The notes below the pieces were generated by a model, which saw only the letters and a list, made by a program, of their open reading frames with translations, did not search any database and was not told the DNA's origin. Position numbers and translations under genes: made by a program. DNA of 64,000 bases. Source: a virus. This document shows, piece by piece, positions 9,287 through 17,825 of the stretch (positions are counted from its first letter, which is position 1; each line of letters opens with the position of its first letter). The DNA lies in IMG/VR virus record IMGVR_UViG_3300017989_000003, positions 91,387 through 155,386 of that record. One strand, written 5' to 3'.

Positions 9287-9448
9287 CTCGATGGAAACAG
9301 CCGTTTCAGGCGTTATTTATCGACTGGACGCCCATTGTACCTGGGTTTATCGTCTCGATGTCATTATTTACTTTTTGGTTCTCATACAAAAATGCTGGAG
9401 TTATCATTTGTTCTAATTCGTAAATCACTTAGTCCATAAACAAGTGAA

Positions 9449-10570
9449 CTACCCTCGCCTAAAGGCGAGAGCTTCCTGTAAAGTTACAGAACACTCTCTT
9501 TCGAGAATGGCTTGTCCCAAGCAAAATATGTTTTTAGCTGCGTTCACGTCTCTATCTTCTTCATAACTACAAGAACACTTATATCGTCGCTTATGCAATG
9601 GCATGTCTTGTTTCTGACCACAATTGTTACAAGTCTTTGAAGTATCTTGTGGATTGATTTTTACAAGCGTTTTAGTTTTGTAAGAAAGATAGGATATGAA
9701 TTTCGCTAATTGAGAATTTCTTAATTCTCTGTTTAATCCTCTTATTTCAGATTCAGACATTTTCTTCAAAGCAAGGTCTTCGCAAATAATTGTATCGTAT
9801 TTGGAGGATAGGTTTTTTGAAACCTTATGCAAAAAATCATTAATTTTACGATTCTTTACATCATACAATCTTTGAATAACCTCGCTCAAAAATCTAAAAT
9901 ATCTTGACCCCTTTTTACATTGCGTATCCCTCCTTGATTTAAGTTTATTGATTTTCTTATCAAAATATTTTGCGTGTGTTTTATTTTTGATAATTTTACT
10001 CTCTGATGTTGCTACAAGATTTGTTATACCGACATCTATCCCAATAATGCCGTTACCTAATTTCTCTTTTTCGTAGTCGGTTGTTATACAAAGAAACCAT
10101 TTATTATTTTCACACTTAATAGTTACTGTTTTGATGTTTCCTTGAATATCCCTGTGTCTATTGAATTTCACATCTCCATAAATTTTTGTATGGAAAATAT
10201 TACCTTGAATCGAATAACCCGATTGAGGATAAATTATACTGAAGAAATTACGACAACTTCTAAATTTAGGAAACCCTGCTTTTTTACCGCACTTAACCCT
10301 ACGGAAAAAATTTTTATATGAAATATCTAATCTGTAGGTTACCTGTTGGACAACCTGACTGTGAATTTCAGCTAAAACGGGGTCTTTAGATTTCAATTCA
10401 GGTATTTGCTTTTGCAAATCATATCTTGATAAACTCGTTTTGTCTTTTTTATATGCTTCGATTTTTTGATTTAGAAAATAATTATACAACCAATTGAGCT
10501 TATTGGCATGAAACCACAACTGGCTTTGCTGTTCTTTTGAAGGATGCAACCTAAACTTATAAGTTATCAT
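9449..10570 (-). CDS. tnpB: RNA-guided endonuclease TnpB
   Basis: HTH_OrfB N-terminus, RuvC GIDVG / CEDL / DRDVNAA, Zn-finger. Confidence 0.95.
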   Translation of the reverse strand: MITYKFRLHPSKEQQSQLWFHANKLNWLYNYFLNQKIEAYKKDKTSLSRYDLQKQIPELKSKDPVLAEIHSQVVQQVTYRLDISYKNFFRRVKCGKKAGFPKFRSCRNFFSIIYPQSGYSIQGNIFHTKIYGDVKFNRHRDIQGNIKTVTIKCENNKWFLCITTDYEKEKLGNGIIGIDVGITNLVATSESKIIKNKTHAKYFDKKINKLKSRRDTQCKKGSRYFRFLSEVIQRLYDVKNRKINDFLHKVSKNLSSKYDTIICEDLALKKMSESEIRGLNRELRNSQLAKFISYLSYKTKTLVKINPQDTSKTCNNCGQKQDMPLHKRRYKCSCSYEEDRDVNAAKNIFCLGQAILERECSVTLQEALAFRRG

Positions 10571-10692
10571 TCTTGCAAACTCCTTTGGTTTTCAATATAT
10601 TCTTTCAAAACATCAATAGTTACGTTTCCAGTCGTCGCCAAAAAATAAGAAGGCGACCAAAACGAATCCCCCCATAATTTATCTGATATTTC
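10567..10692 (-). pseudogene. tnpA: C-terminal remnant of IS200 Y1 transposase
   Basis: Translates to [32 protein letters not shown]; no HUH-containing N-terminus. Confidence 0.85.
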
Positions 10693-10703
10693 ATACCAGT
10701 TTG

Positions 10704-10901
10704 TCAATCAACTGATGGGTTGGACTCCCCAAGAGCGATTATTTTGACTGTCCCACATTCAGGACAGGCATACAAATTGGTTTTTAAGCTTCTATCCATC
10801 ATTTTACCGCCAAACACAACACCCTCAATCGGGTCTCCAATAATGAAGAACTTAATTTGGTCTGGGTCTTGGTCGTCATAGCCGCATGCTTTACATTTCA
10901 T
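10704..10901 (-). CDS. small Zn-ribbon protein
   Basis: CxxC...CPEC. Confidence 0.75.
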   Translation of the reverse strand: MKCKACGYDDQDPDQIKFFIIGDPIEGVVFGGKMMDRSLKTNLYACPECGTVKIIALGESNPSVD

Positions 10902-10964
10902 GGTAATCCTTTCAGTTTGTTGTTGTTGTATTACTTCTATTCCCTGTCTTTTTACCTCTTTGGG

Positions 10965-11563
10965 TCAATCACAAAATTCTCTGTCTGCTTCCAATTGCTT
11001 CGCAGTTTCATCAATAGCGTCAAATAGCCCTTCATCTTCGTTTTTACAATATAGTTCTTTCATATAATTGATGATATTTGTGTAGTTAATAGCCTTGGCG
11101 TCCATATCTATGAACGCCGAGTGAATCACGCTTAACCTTTTGCATAAAATCTCGTAGAAAAACTTATAATCAATCGTTTTGTCATAATTCAGGCAGTACT
11201 CAGTAATATAAAATCTATTATTAGAGTACTCTATCAATCCCCAGCCATCAGGTATTTCAGAAGGTTTAGAAGGTTCTTTGGTGTCACAAAATATCTTATA
11301 GCATTAACAGTGCATAATTTCTTTTTCTTCTGGTTAAAGAAATCTGCTCTACTAATTTTTATTTCAATTAACATAGGCAAACTGATGTAATAACACTTTG
11401 GAAAAGCCAGTATATCAATTTTTTCGTTGAACTTTCTTGGTTTATGTAATTGGACTTCAGTAAAAACCATCGAGCAATTTAGTCGTCTAGGCATACCACT
11501 TTTAGGTTTTAACAGCCAAGCTATAGTTCTATCAGTTAGTTCTTTGGTTTTTATATCAGCCAT
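10965..11563 (-). pseudogene. frameshifted PD-(D/E)xK-type (MmcB-like) nuclease, split into 11234..11563 and 10965..11237
   Basis: E...IDILA...IEIKISRADF motif; adding one base near 11265 restores RYFVTPKNLLKPSEIPDGWGLIEY. Confidence 0.7.
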
Positions 11564-11714
11564 TTGCTCCTTCTGTTCCTTTTGTTGCTTTATTTACTTC
11601 CGAATAATCTTTTGCGCTTTTTTCGTTCGCCTCTTTTATTATTTTATCAATATCTTTTTTATTAATTAATTTACGGGCTTTTTTAAGCATTTTTTCCATA
11701 TCTTTCGCTTTCAT
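11556..11714 (-). CDS. small Lys-rich hypothetical protein (52 aa)
   Basis: AAGGAG RBS + ATG; fills gap. Confidence 0.6.
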   Translation of the reverse strand: MKAKDMEKMLKKARKLINKKDIDKIIKEANEKSAKDYSEVNKATKGTEGANG

Positions 11715-11724
11715 CGCTTACTCC

Positions 11725-11997
11725 TTATTTATTAAATTTTAATAACTTCCAACTAATAGTTAAAAAATCACCATCCTCATAAATTTTATATCCTTTTTCT
11801 TCATAATGCTTGACAATTTGTTTTCTTAAATATTTCAGAGTGATTGATAACTCAATCTCATATAAGCCTCATATTGTATAACTTAGAATGATTTTGTCAA
11901 TTTTCTCTATCGCTTCTTCAATAGTATATTCAAAAGAAATTGACAGATAATTAACTCTGTTATTGTCCGATAATTTATAAGCTTCTTCCGCTTTCAT
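11725..11997 (-). CDS. hypothetical protein (GY...ISW type) with in-frame TGA (11871-11869)
   Basis: AAGGAG RBS; frame open on both sides of TGA; ends at next RBS. Confidence 0.65.
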
Positions 11998-12000
11998 CGC

Positions 12001-12351
12001 TTACTCCTTATTTAGTTCGGTATTTTCCACAGCTTTATCTACACTATCCCAATTAATTGTACTTTCTATGTATTCAGTTTCAGAAAGAGAAAACCATTTT
12101 TCCCCCCATGGCAATTTGTTCTCACAAGATTTACAAATAAACTTCTCCCTAAACCTCTTAACCAGCAATTTCAGATTTTTGTTTACAGAGGCGTTCACTT
12201 CGTCTCTTGACTTTGGTAAACCTTGAGAATTCTTATTCCATGGATTAACTGTTTGCATTGAAACAATGGTTCTCTGTCTATTTTTTCCGCATTTTTCGCA
12301 AACACCTTTGATAACTGTTTTTGATACCACTGTTTGAAAATCTGTTTTCAT
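12001..12351 (-). CDS. hypothetical Zn-binding protein
   Basis: CxxC ... QTVNPWN ... CxxC. Confidence 0.75.
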   Translation of the reverse strand: MKTDFQTVVSKTVIKGVCEKCGKNRQRTIVSMQTVNPWNKNSQGLPKSRDEVNASVNKNLKLLVKRFREKFICKSCENKLPWGEKWFSLSETEYIESTINWDSVDKAVENTELNKE

Positions 12352-12560
12352 TTTCCCTCACTTTTCTTTGTTCTAAATTCATAAAAATTGTATCCACTTT
12401 TATCGTCATATTCTGGTACATCTAGTAATTCGGCTAAAATTCTTTCGTGCTCTCTATGAGCATCAACATCTTCTCAGCAGCTACACCCTTCAGAGTGCAT
12501 ATAATTTGCAACCGCTTCTCTTATTTTTTCTAATAATTCTTGTTTTTCCGTTTTACCCAT
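12348..12560 (-). CDS. hypothetical protein with EGCSC(TGA) motif; in-frame TGA at 12476-12474
   Basis: TAATG overlap at start, ATGA overlap at end; fills the gap exactly. Confidence 0.7.
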
Positions 12561-12985
12561 TAATACTCCTCTATAAGTTCAGGGTTATCGTGAACATTGC
12601 CGATAATTTCTTTGAACGCTATACACAAAGAATTTATTGGCTCAATTCTGGAATCGTCTAAATACATTATGTACCATCCGTTGCCCTCAATGATGTATTC
12701 ATCGGTTTTTTCATATTCGCCGAATTTTACTATCATTAATTCATCATTATAGTCGGCAATAATATCATCTTCGTAAATTTCCTTGCCGTTTTCACCGTCT
12801 TTTGACCCTGTGTATTGCCCCACAGTTTTAGGGTCAATAGGAACTTGAACATACGATACACCGCTGTTATCATCAATCTTTACAAGCATCGAATTATTGA
12901 CTGACAACAACCCATAAACCCAGTCACCTTTATCTATTGTATGTATCTGGTCTGTAGCAATTGCTCTAAATTTTATTTCTCGCAT
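12560..12985 (-). CDS. YopX family protein
   Basis: MREIKFRA...GQYTG.KD.NGKEIYEDDI...EIIGNVHDNPEL. Confidence 0.9.
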   Translation of the reverse strand: MREIKFRAIATDQIHTIDKGDWVYGLLSVNNSMLVKIDDNSGVSYVQVPIDPKTVGQYTGSKDGENGKEIYEDDIIADYNDELMIVKFGEYEKTDEYIIEGNGWYIMYLDDSRIEPINSLCIAFKEIIGNVHDNPELIEEY

Positions 12986-12994
12986 GACTACTCC

Positions 12995-13267
12995 TTATTT
13001 AATTTCGTCTTCCCAAAACACCATATCTTTAAGTCGCATAATTTGGTTTTCCAGCGACAAAATCTTACTATCACGCAATTCCGTAGCTCTTTTTACCGCC
13101 TGTTTTTTACTCGCGAAAGCACTGAGTCCTATTTTGAACACCCCATAACTTAGTCCTATTCTTTTTCGTTCTTCTTCAGAGATATGGTAATAATTATCAT
13201 CAACAGGCTTTGCTTCTGCCGTAATAATACCTCTTGTCAGCGCTTTGTCTGTAATATAGATTTTCAT
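12995..13267 (-). CDS. hypothetical protein
   Basis: ORF with AAGGAG RBS. Confidence 0.8.
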   Translation of the reverse strand: MKIYITDKALTRGIITAEAKPVDDNYYHISEEERKRIGLSYGVFKIGLSAFASKKQAVKRATELRDSKILSLENQIMRLKDMVFWEDEIK

Positions 13268-13269
13268 GA

Positions 13270-13578
13270 CTACTCCTTAATTAATTCTTTTAATCTTTTA
13301 TTTTCATCTTCTGCATTACATAATTTAGAAACTATGCTATCAATAATTTTATCTTTTTCTTTTATTATTTCTTCATAGGTTTTACATTCAAATTTCGGAC
13401 AATCATTTTCATTTCCATCATCCCAATCACCGTCTATCTTACAACCATCTATTTCTCCTTCTCCATATCCGCAACCTACAATTATTGCGTGTTTACAAGC
13501 ATAAACTTGTAAATCTTCCCCTGTATAACAATTACCCTCGGCATAAGGTTTGTTATTTACATGCTCTTTTTTGTCCAT
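13270..13578 (-). CDS. hypothetical protein
   Basis: ORF with AAGGAG RBS. Confidence 0.75.
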   Translation of the reverse strand: MDKKEHVNNKPYAEGNCYTGEDLQVYACKHAIIVGCGYGEGEIDGCKIDGDWDDGNENDCPKFECKTYEEIIKEKDKIIDSIVSKLCNAEDENKRLKELIKE

Positions 13579-13580
13579 GA

Positions 13581-14540
13581 CTACTCCTTAAAGTTTTTGT
13601 GTCTATTATTATAATCTATACATACGTCTAAACAATTATTTCTACATATTTCATCTTTGTAACAATTATGTTTTATATAGTAATCAAATCTTTGCGCTCG
13701 CATAAAACATCCTACCTCGCCTATAGGTTCACAACCTTCTCGCATTTTGATTATGCAAGGATAATGATAATTTCCTCGAATAGCCATATCATCAAGTATT
13801 AACGGGCATTTATGATTATCTGTTTTTTGAATGCCTCGAACGTTCCGACCGTTTTTATAATTATTTACTCGATATTTTAATATTGGATGGCTGTTCAATA
13901 TTTCGTCAGGTATTTTTTCGCAAAATTCTAACATTTCATTCGATTGTGCAGAACTTATTATTCTTATATCTGCCACACCTAATTTGTGTGCAAGTTCAAT
14001 TGTTTCTAAAGATTGTTGAATATTGTTTTTATCAAATACACAGCCAACCGTAACATAAGTTAATCTTGATAATATCTGAATGTTATTAATGATTTGTTGA
14101 AAATATCCTGATGTCCCCGACATTTTATCCGCGAAAGATTCACAACAAGCATCTAAAGATATAGAGAAATCGTTAACACCTAATTTTTTTAATTTAATGT
14201 AATAAGAAGTTTTTTGCGAACCATTAGTTGATATTGCAATTCTTTCTATCGAAGGTTTGTTTTTTGTATATTTTATTAATTCAGGTAACCATTTTACAAG
14301 AGTTGGTTCTCCTCCACTAAATCTTATGTTTTTTAATCCTTCATTACACCACAAATCAACAATATATTTTGCATGTTCGTAGGTAATATTTGCATCTTCC
14401 TGTGTTCCACGGCAATATTTGCAATTAAAATTGCATCTATTAGTCAATAATAACTCACATCTCCACAAAGGGCTGTTTATACCTGAATTTTCTGCTCTTT
14501 CGTCAGATAATGTATAAAATCCTATATCTTCCAGTTTCAT
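13581..14540 (-). CDS. radical SAM enzyme (MoaA/PqqE-like fold)
   Basis: CNFNCKYC, FSGGEP, STNG; start at ATG 14540 because the upstream extension lies in the tRNA-like gene. Confidence 0.9.
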   Translation of the reverse strand: MKLEDIGFYTLSDERAENSGINSPLWRCELLLTNRCNFNCKYCRGTQEDANITYEHAKYIVDLWCNEGLKNIRFSGGEPTLVKWLPELIKYTKNKPSIERIAISTNGSQKTSYYIKLKKLGVNDFSISLDACCESFADKMSGTSGYFQQIINNIQILSRLTYVTVGCVFDKNNIQQSLETIELAHKLGVADIRIISSAQSNEMLEFCEKIPDEILNSHPILKYRVNNYKNGRNVRGIQKTDNHKCPLILDDMAIRGNYHYPCIIKMREGCEPIGEVGCFMRAQRFDYYIKHNCYKDEICRNNCLDVCIDYNNRHKNFKE

Positions 14541-14555
14541 AATACTCCTTAAAGT

Positions 14556-14676
14556 TGGTGGGGCGGGCAAGGTTCGATACTTGCACGACAGGTTTACAGC
14601 AACCTTCTTTTACACCTGTCTTACTGCTGTTAGTATTTGCCACAGACTATTAGCGTCTAACTTTCGCCACCGCCCC
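14556..14676 (-). ncRNA. 121-nt tRNA-like RNA with expanded anticodon/variable region
   Basis: 7-bp acceptor GGGGCGG/CCGCCCC + ACCA; D-arm GCG/CGC; T-arm GCAAG/CTTGC; no canonical anticodon arm. Confidence 0.8.
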
Positions 14677-14689
14677 AATAATTTTTATG

Positions 14690-14811
14690 TTACTCTTTGG
14701 CTAAGTTTGGGTTACAGTGAATGTTGTCGATAATTTCAAATGAGAAATCCATCATCATTGCAAATCTAACAGTTGTTAGGTCATAAATGCTCTAAATTTT
14801 ATTTCTTGCAT
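14690..14811 (-). pseudogene. internally deleted YopX remnant
   Basis: Starts MQEIKFRAF and ends FEIIDNIHCNPNLAKE in a different frame. Confidence 0.7.
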
Positions 14812-15008
14812 GTTTTCTCTTTCGTATCCTTATACGTTTGTGTCTGTGTTTGCTGCTCTAACAATTCAATGATTTTTTTGTTTTGCTGTTCGATTGGTGA
14901 TAAAAAACCGTACATAAGTATTGCATAACATATCAATATTAGTGCTGTTAATAAATAATGATTAACCATTAAATCAGAACGCAACTTTTCATAATCACTT
15001 TTGTTCAT
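14799..15008 (-). CDS. small membrane protein
   Basis: One hydrophobic segment; GAGGTG RBS. Confidence 0.7.
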   Translation of the reverse strand: MNKSDYEKLRSDLMVNHYLLTALILICYAILMYGFLSPIEQQNKKIIELLEQQTQTQTYKDTKEKTCKK

Positions 15009-15030
15009 TACTCACCTCTTCAAATAATAT

Positions 15031-15216
15031 TTAATACCCCTCTCCCCAAACAATATGACCAATATCGCTTGTAGAATTTTTATCAAAAGAATAAATAGTA
15101 CTTATCCCGTTATTGCAAGCAGGACATACTTCTGGTCATGTACTATCTATTGGAATATAAATAACATTATCACAAATTCCACAATGACATATTTTGACAG
15201 TGCTTTCTTCCATCAT
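15031..15216 (-). CDS. small Zn-ribbon protein with in-frame TGA (15138-15136)
   Basis: MMEESTVKICHCGICDNVIYIPIDST*PEVCPACNNG...; ATGA overlap with upstream gene. Confidence 0.7.
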
Positions 15217-15794
15217 TCACCTTCTTTCATGCCGTCAGAATCAGCACACCTGAAGTCATCAATAACGGATTGATTATCATTAATAAAATCTTTATCTTGC
15301 ATCGCTTGTTTAAGATTCTCCAATTTTTCTTCTTTTGATTGTGTTTTAAGTCTTTTTCGTGTTTTAAGTCTTTTTCTTTGTTTTGTTCGAACTATTCCAT
15401 CTTCTAATTTATCCATTCTTGCTTTACGTTCATCCTCTATTTTTTCGTTATGCTTAAGAACTTCTTCATAAAGCTCAAGGTCACTAAAAAATTGATGATT
15501 ATAATCAGGAATATCCCTTTGCATAATTTCATCTCCACCCATTCTAAAAGTGTCTAATATGACAACTTCATAACCTTTTTGTTTTAATAATTCAATAAGT
15601 TCGTTGTATACATCTCTATGACCAATAAAATCGTCAGCTATCTTTCCTGACTCTAAAGAATTTTTCTGTGCTTTTGGCAATAATTCTTGGCATAAATCAT
15701 GCCAATCAATCTCATCACCGTAAAATATTATTTTATCATATTCATCAAACCACTGATATTCAAGTAAATAATATTCTTTCGGACTTAAGCGCAT
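15213..15794 (-). CDS. hypothetical protein, paralog of 17826..18269
   Basis: Shared YG...W...CQ.L.PKA, IG..DV...LIE.L...GY.V motifs. Confidence 0.8.
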   Translation of the reverse strand: MRLSPKEYYLLEYQWFDEYDKIIFYGDEIDWHDLCQELLPKAQKNSLESGKIADDFIGHRDVYNELIELLKQKGYEVVILDTFRMGGDEIMQRDIPDYNHQFFSDLELYEEVLKHNEKIEDERKARMDKLEDGIVRTKQRKRLKTRKRLKTQSKEEKLENLKQAMQDKDFINDNQSVIDDFRCADSDGMKEGE

Positions 15795-15796
15795 GA

Positions 15797-17041
15797 CTAC
15801 TCCTTAATTACATCTGATTTATTGCAAACTTCAATTAGCTCGATAACTACTTCGAGACGTGTTTTTCCTGTTTGCTCTGCGACATATTCAATATCACCTT
15901 GGATATTTATCGAATTAAATGTTGGATTGTAGTAGTCTGTGCTGACTAAATAGTTTGTCTCATCGTTAATGCAATACATTTCGAATTTTGTCTGATTCCT
16001 GATATCGAAAAGCAACTCAATCAGTTGGTCGAATTTATACTTATAGTATTCCTCGCTGGTTTCGTAATGTTTTATGATTTTTTCATAAACTTCTACCTGT
16101 GAACATTCCCAATACTTACAATACTCTTCTAATTGAATAATTCGTGAACCGTCTAACAACATGTCGTGAATACTAAAATTATCTTTTAGATACCATTCAG
16201 CTTTTTCTCTTAGTTTTTCTCGGCGTTTTACTTCTGTTTGGCAAGCATCATATCCTCTGTTGTCGTCACATGTTTCACATTCTTTGTGAGGATATTCTCC
16301 GAAATTCTCACATTCTTTCTTGCTTTTTTGCTCTTTCAGTTTCTCAAATTGCTGTTTTGCTGATTCTATTTCTTCAGTGTTTAAGTCGCTAAAACCTTTA
16401 TATATTGTAAATTTTTCTGTAACAGCACTAATATATTTTCCATCTACATAAAAGTGGTATGGAAAATTTTCGTTTTTCTCAGGTTCATACTTGACCTCGA
16501 TTTTGCGAGCTTTAGGCTTTGCCCCATACTCCAGTTTCTCGCAGTTTTCTATTTCTTTTTCTCTATCCTCGACTTCTTCAAGTACTTCAGCCTCTCGCGT
16601 CTTCTCTATCACAGTTTGCTCTTCCTCAACCACTTCCTTTACAGCAATTATCGATATACGCGCTTCAAGGTTTTTAATGCGCTGCGCAAGCGCATCTGTT
16701 TGCGTAGCAAGCGCCTTAACGTGCTCCTCTATTGGCGCGACTTTTAGAGCACAGGGACAGTTTGTCAGGGCGTCAACTATTAAATTTTTGACATGTTTTT
16801 CGTCAATTGGCACTATTACATCGTCAGGACGAAGTTCGTGTGTTTTTGTACACCAATGTTCTGTGTTTACTATTTTTTCAGCTTGCTCAATCGTTATATC
16901 TTTGCCGAAATGCTTTGCTACTCCTTGAAGTACTTCTGCCGCTGTTTTGGTGCCTCTTTTCGGCATAGAGCTATCATCCTCAATTTCTTTGTTTTCGTTA
17001 ACAGAATTTTCCATTTTTTCCTCCATATCTGGGTAACTCAT
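15797..17041 (-). CDS. hypothetical coiled-coil/mosaic protein
   Basis: Long ORF with RBS. Confidence 0.8.
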   Translation of the reverse strand: MSYPDMEEKMENSVNENKEIEDDSSMPKRGTKTAAEVLQGVAKHFGKDITIEQAEKIVNTEHWCTKTHELRPDDVIVPIDEKHVKNLIVDALTNCPCALKVAPIEEHVKALATQTDALAQRIKNLEARISIIAVKEVVEEEQTVIEKTREAEVLEEVEDREKEIENCEKLEYGAKPKARKIEVKYEPEKNENFPYHFYVDGKYISAVTEKFTIYKGFSDLNTEEIESAKQQFEKLKEQKSKKECENFGEYPHKECETCDDNRGYDACQTEVKRREKLREKAEWYLKDNFSIHDMLLDGSRIIQLEEYCKYWECSQVEVYEKIIKHYETSEEYYKYKFDQLIELLFDIRNQTKFEMYCINDETNYLVSTDYYNPTFNSINIQGDIEYVAEQTGKTRLEVVIELIEVCNKSDVIKE

Positions 17042-17044
17042 ACG

Positions 17045-17290
17045 TTACTCCTTTATTGGTTTATAGTTTTCTTTATCTTGAGCCTGCGCTAGTGCAATGT
17101 CAATTTGCTTCTGTATACACGTAGGGCTTCTTCGTACCCTTCCTGTATTAGTTGTTAATAACAACTCGTTGTACACCATACAATAGTAACTACCGTGAAT
17201 AGGTTTATAGTACAACCTACAATTTCCACAAGTTATTTTCCCTACTTCCTGAATAGTTCGAATTTCAATTTTGTGCACTGGTTCCTCCAA
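17045..17290 (-). CDS. small Cys-rich hypothetical protein
   Basis: ORF; start uncertain. Confidence 0.6.
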   Translation of the reverse strand: MEEPVHKIEIRTIQEVGKITCGNCRLYYKPIHGSYYCMVYNELLLTTNTGRVRRSPTCIQKQIDIALAQAQDKENYKPIKE

Positions 17291-17326
17291 TTTTAGTATT
17301 TAATAAAACAAACCAAACCAACAATC

Positions 17327-17794
17327 CTAACCATAAAGCGCACTAAGCAGCCATGTTGGTTGTTTTTTTATTTTATATTTTTTCAGAAACTCTCTGAATT
17401 TTTCTTTGGCTTGGTTACTAACTTTGATTTTTGATATGTTTAATTTCTCGCAGCCGTCAGCACATATAATACTCGAAGGAACACATAGAATAAAGTTGTC
17501 GGTATTATCATAGCTCCAAAAATATAATAATTCGAAAGGCATCGGATATCTTTTGTCCCACTGATGAATATAATCGTAATACCTTTCTTCATCTTCATCA
17601 GTAATACCGGGTTTTTTATTATCAGCATCTTCCCATATTTCATAAGGATTTTTGTAGCCGTTTATTTCACGCCACCAATCTTCCTCGCTTTCGTAGATAT
17701 TTTCACCAGTTTCTGGGTCGTATTTTTTCCAAGGCAAATCTCCAGAATCGACAACGACTCCAAAACATATTGTTGCATCAACACTAATTCCCAT
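17327..17794 (-). CDS. hypothetical protein
   Basis: ORF with GGAGGT RBS. Confidence 0.8.
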   Translation of the reverse strand: MGISVDATICFGVVVDSGDLPWKKYDPETGENIYESEEDWWREINGYKNPYEIWEDADNKKPGITDEDEERYYDYIHQWDKRYPMPFELLYFWSYDNTDNFILCVPSSIICADGCEKLNISKIKVSNQAKEKFREFLKKYKIKKQPTWLLSALYG

Positions 17795-17825
17795 TTTTCA
17801 CCTCCATTAACAAAAACTACACTTA

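Larger units (their letters stand above)
9444..10706 (-). mobile_element. IS200/IS605-family element (tnpA remnant + tnpB)
   Basis: Right end GAAGCTCTCGCCTTTAGGCGAGGGTAGTTCAC; putative left end after TTGAT with CAAA + hairpin. Confidence 0.75.

Noticed and set aside
9425-9443. TnpB guides retargeted to other loci in the window
   Set aside because: No second match seen by eye; flanks are explained as native insertion sites.
14541-14570. N-terminal extension MPAPPTLRSI of the radical SAM ORF
   Set aside because: Overlaps the 3' end of the tRNA-like RNA; the AAGGAG RBS points to ATG 14540.
14556-14676. tmRNA or tRNA-Sec call
   Set aside because: Too short for tmRNA, no G3-U70; no UCA anticodon and only a 7-bp acceptor stem.
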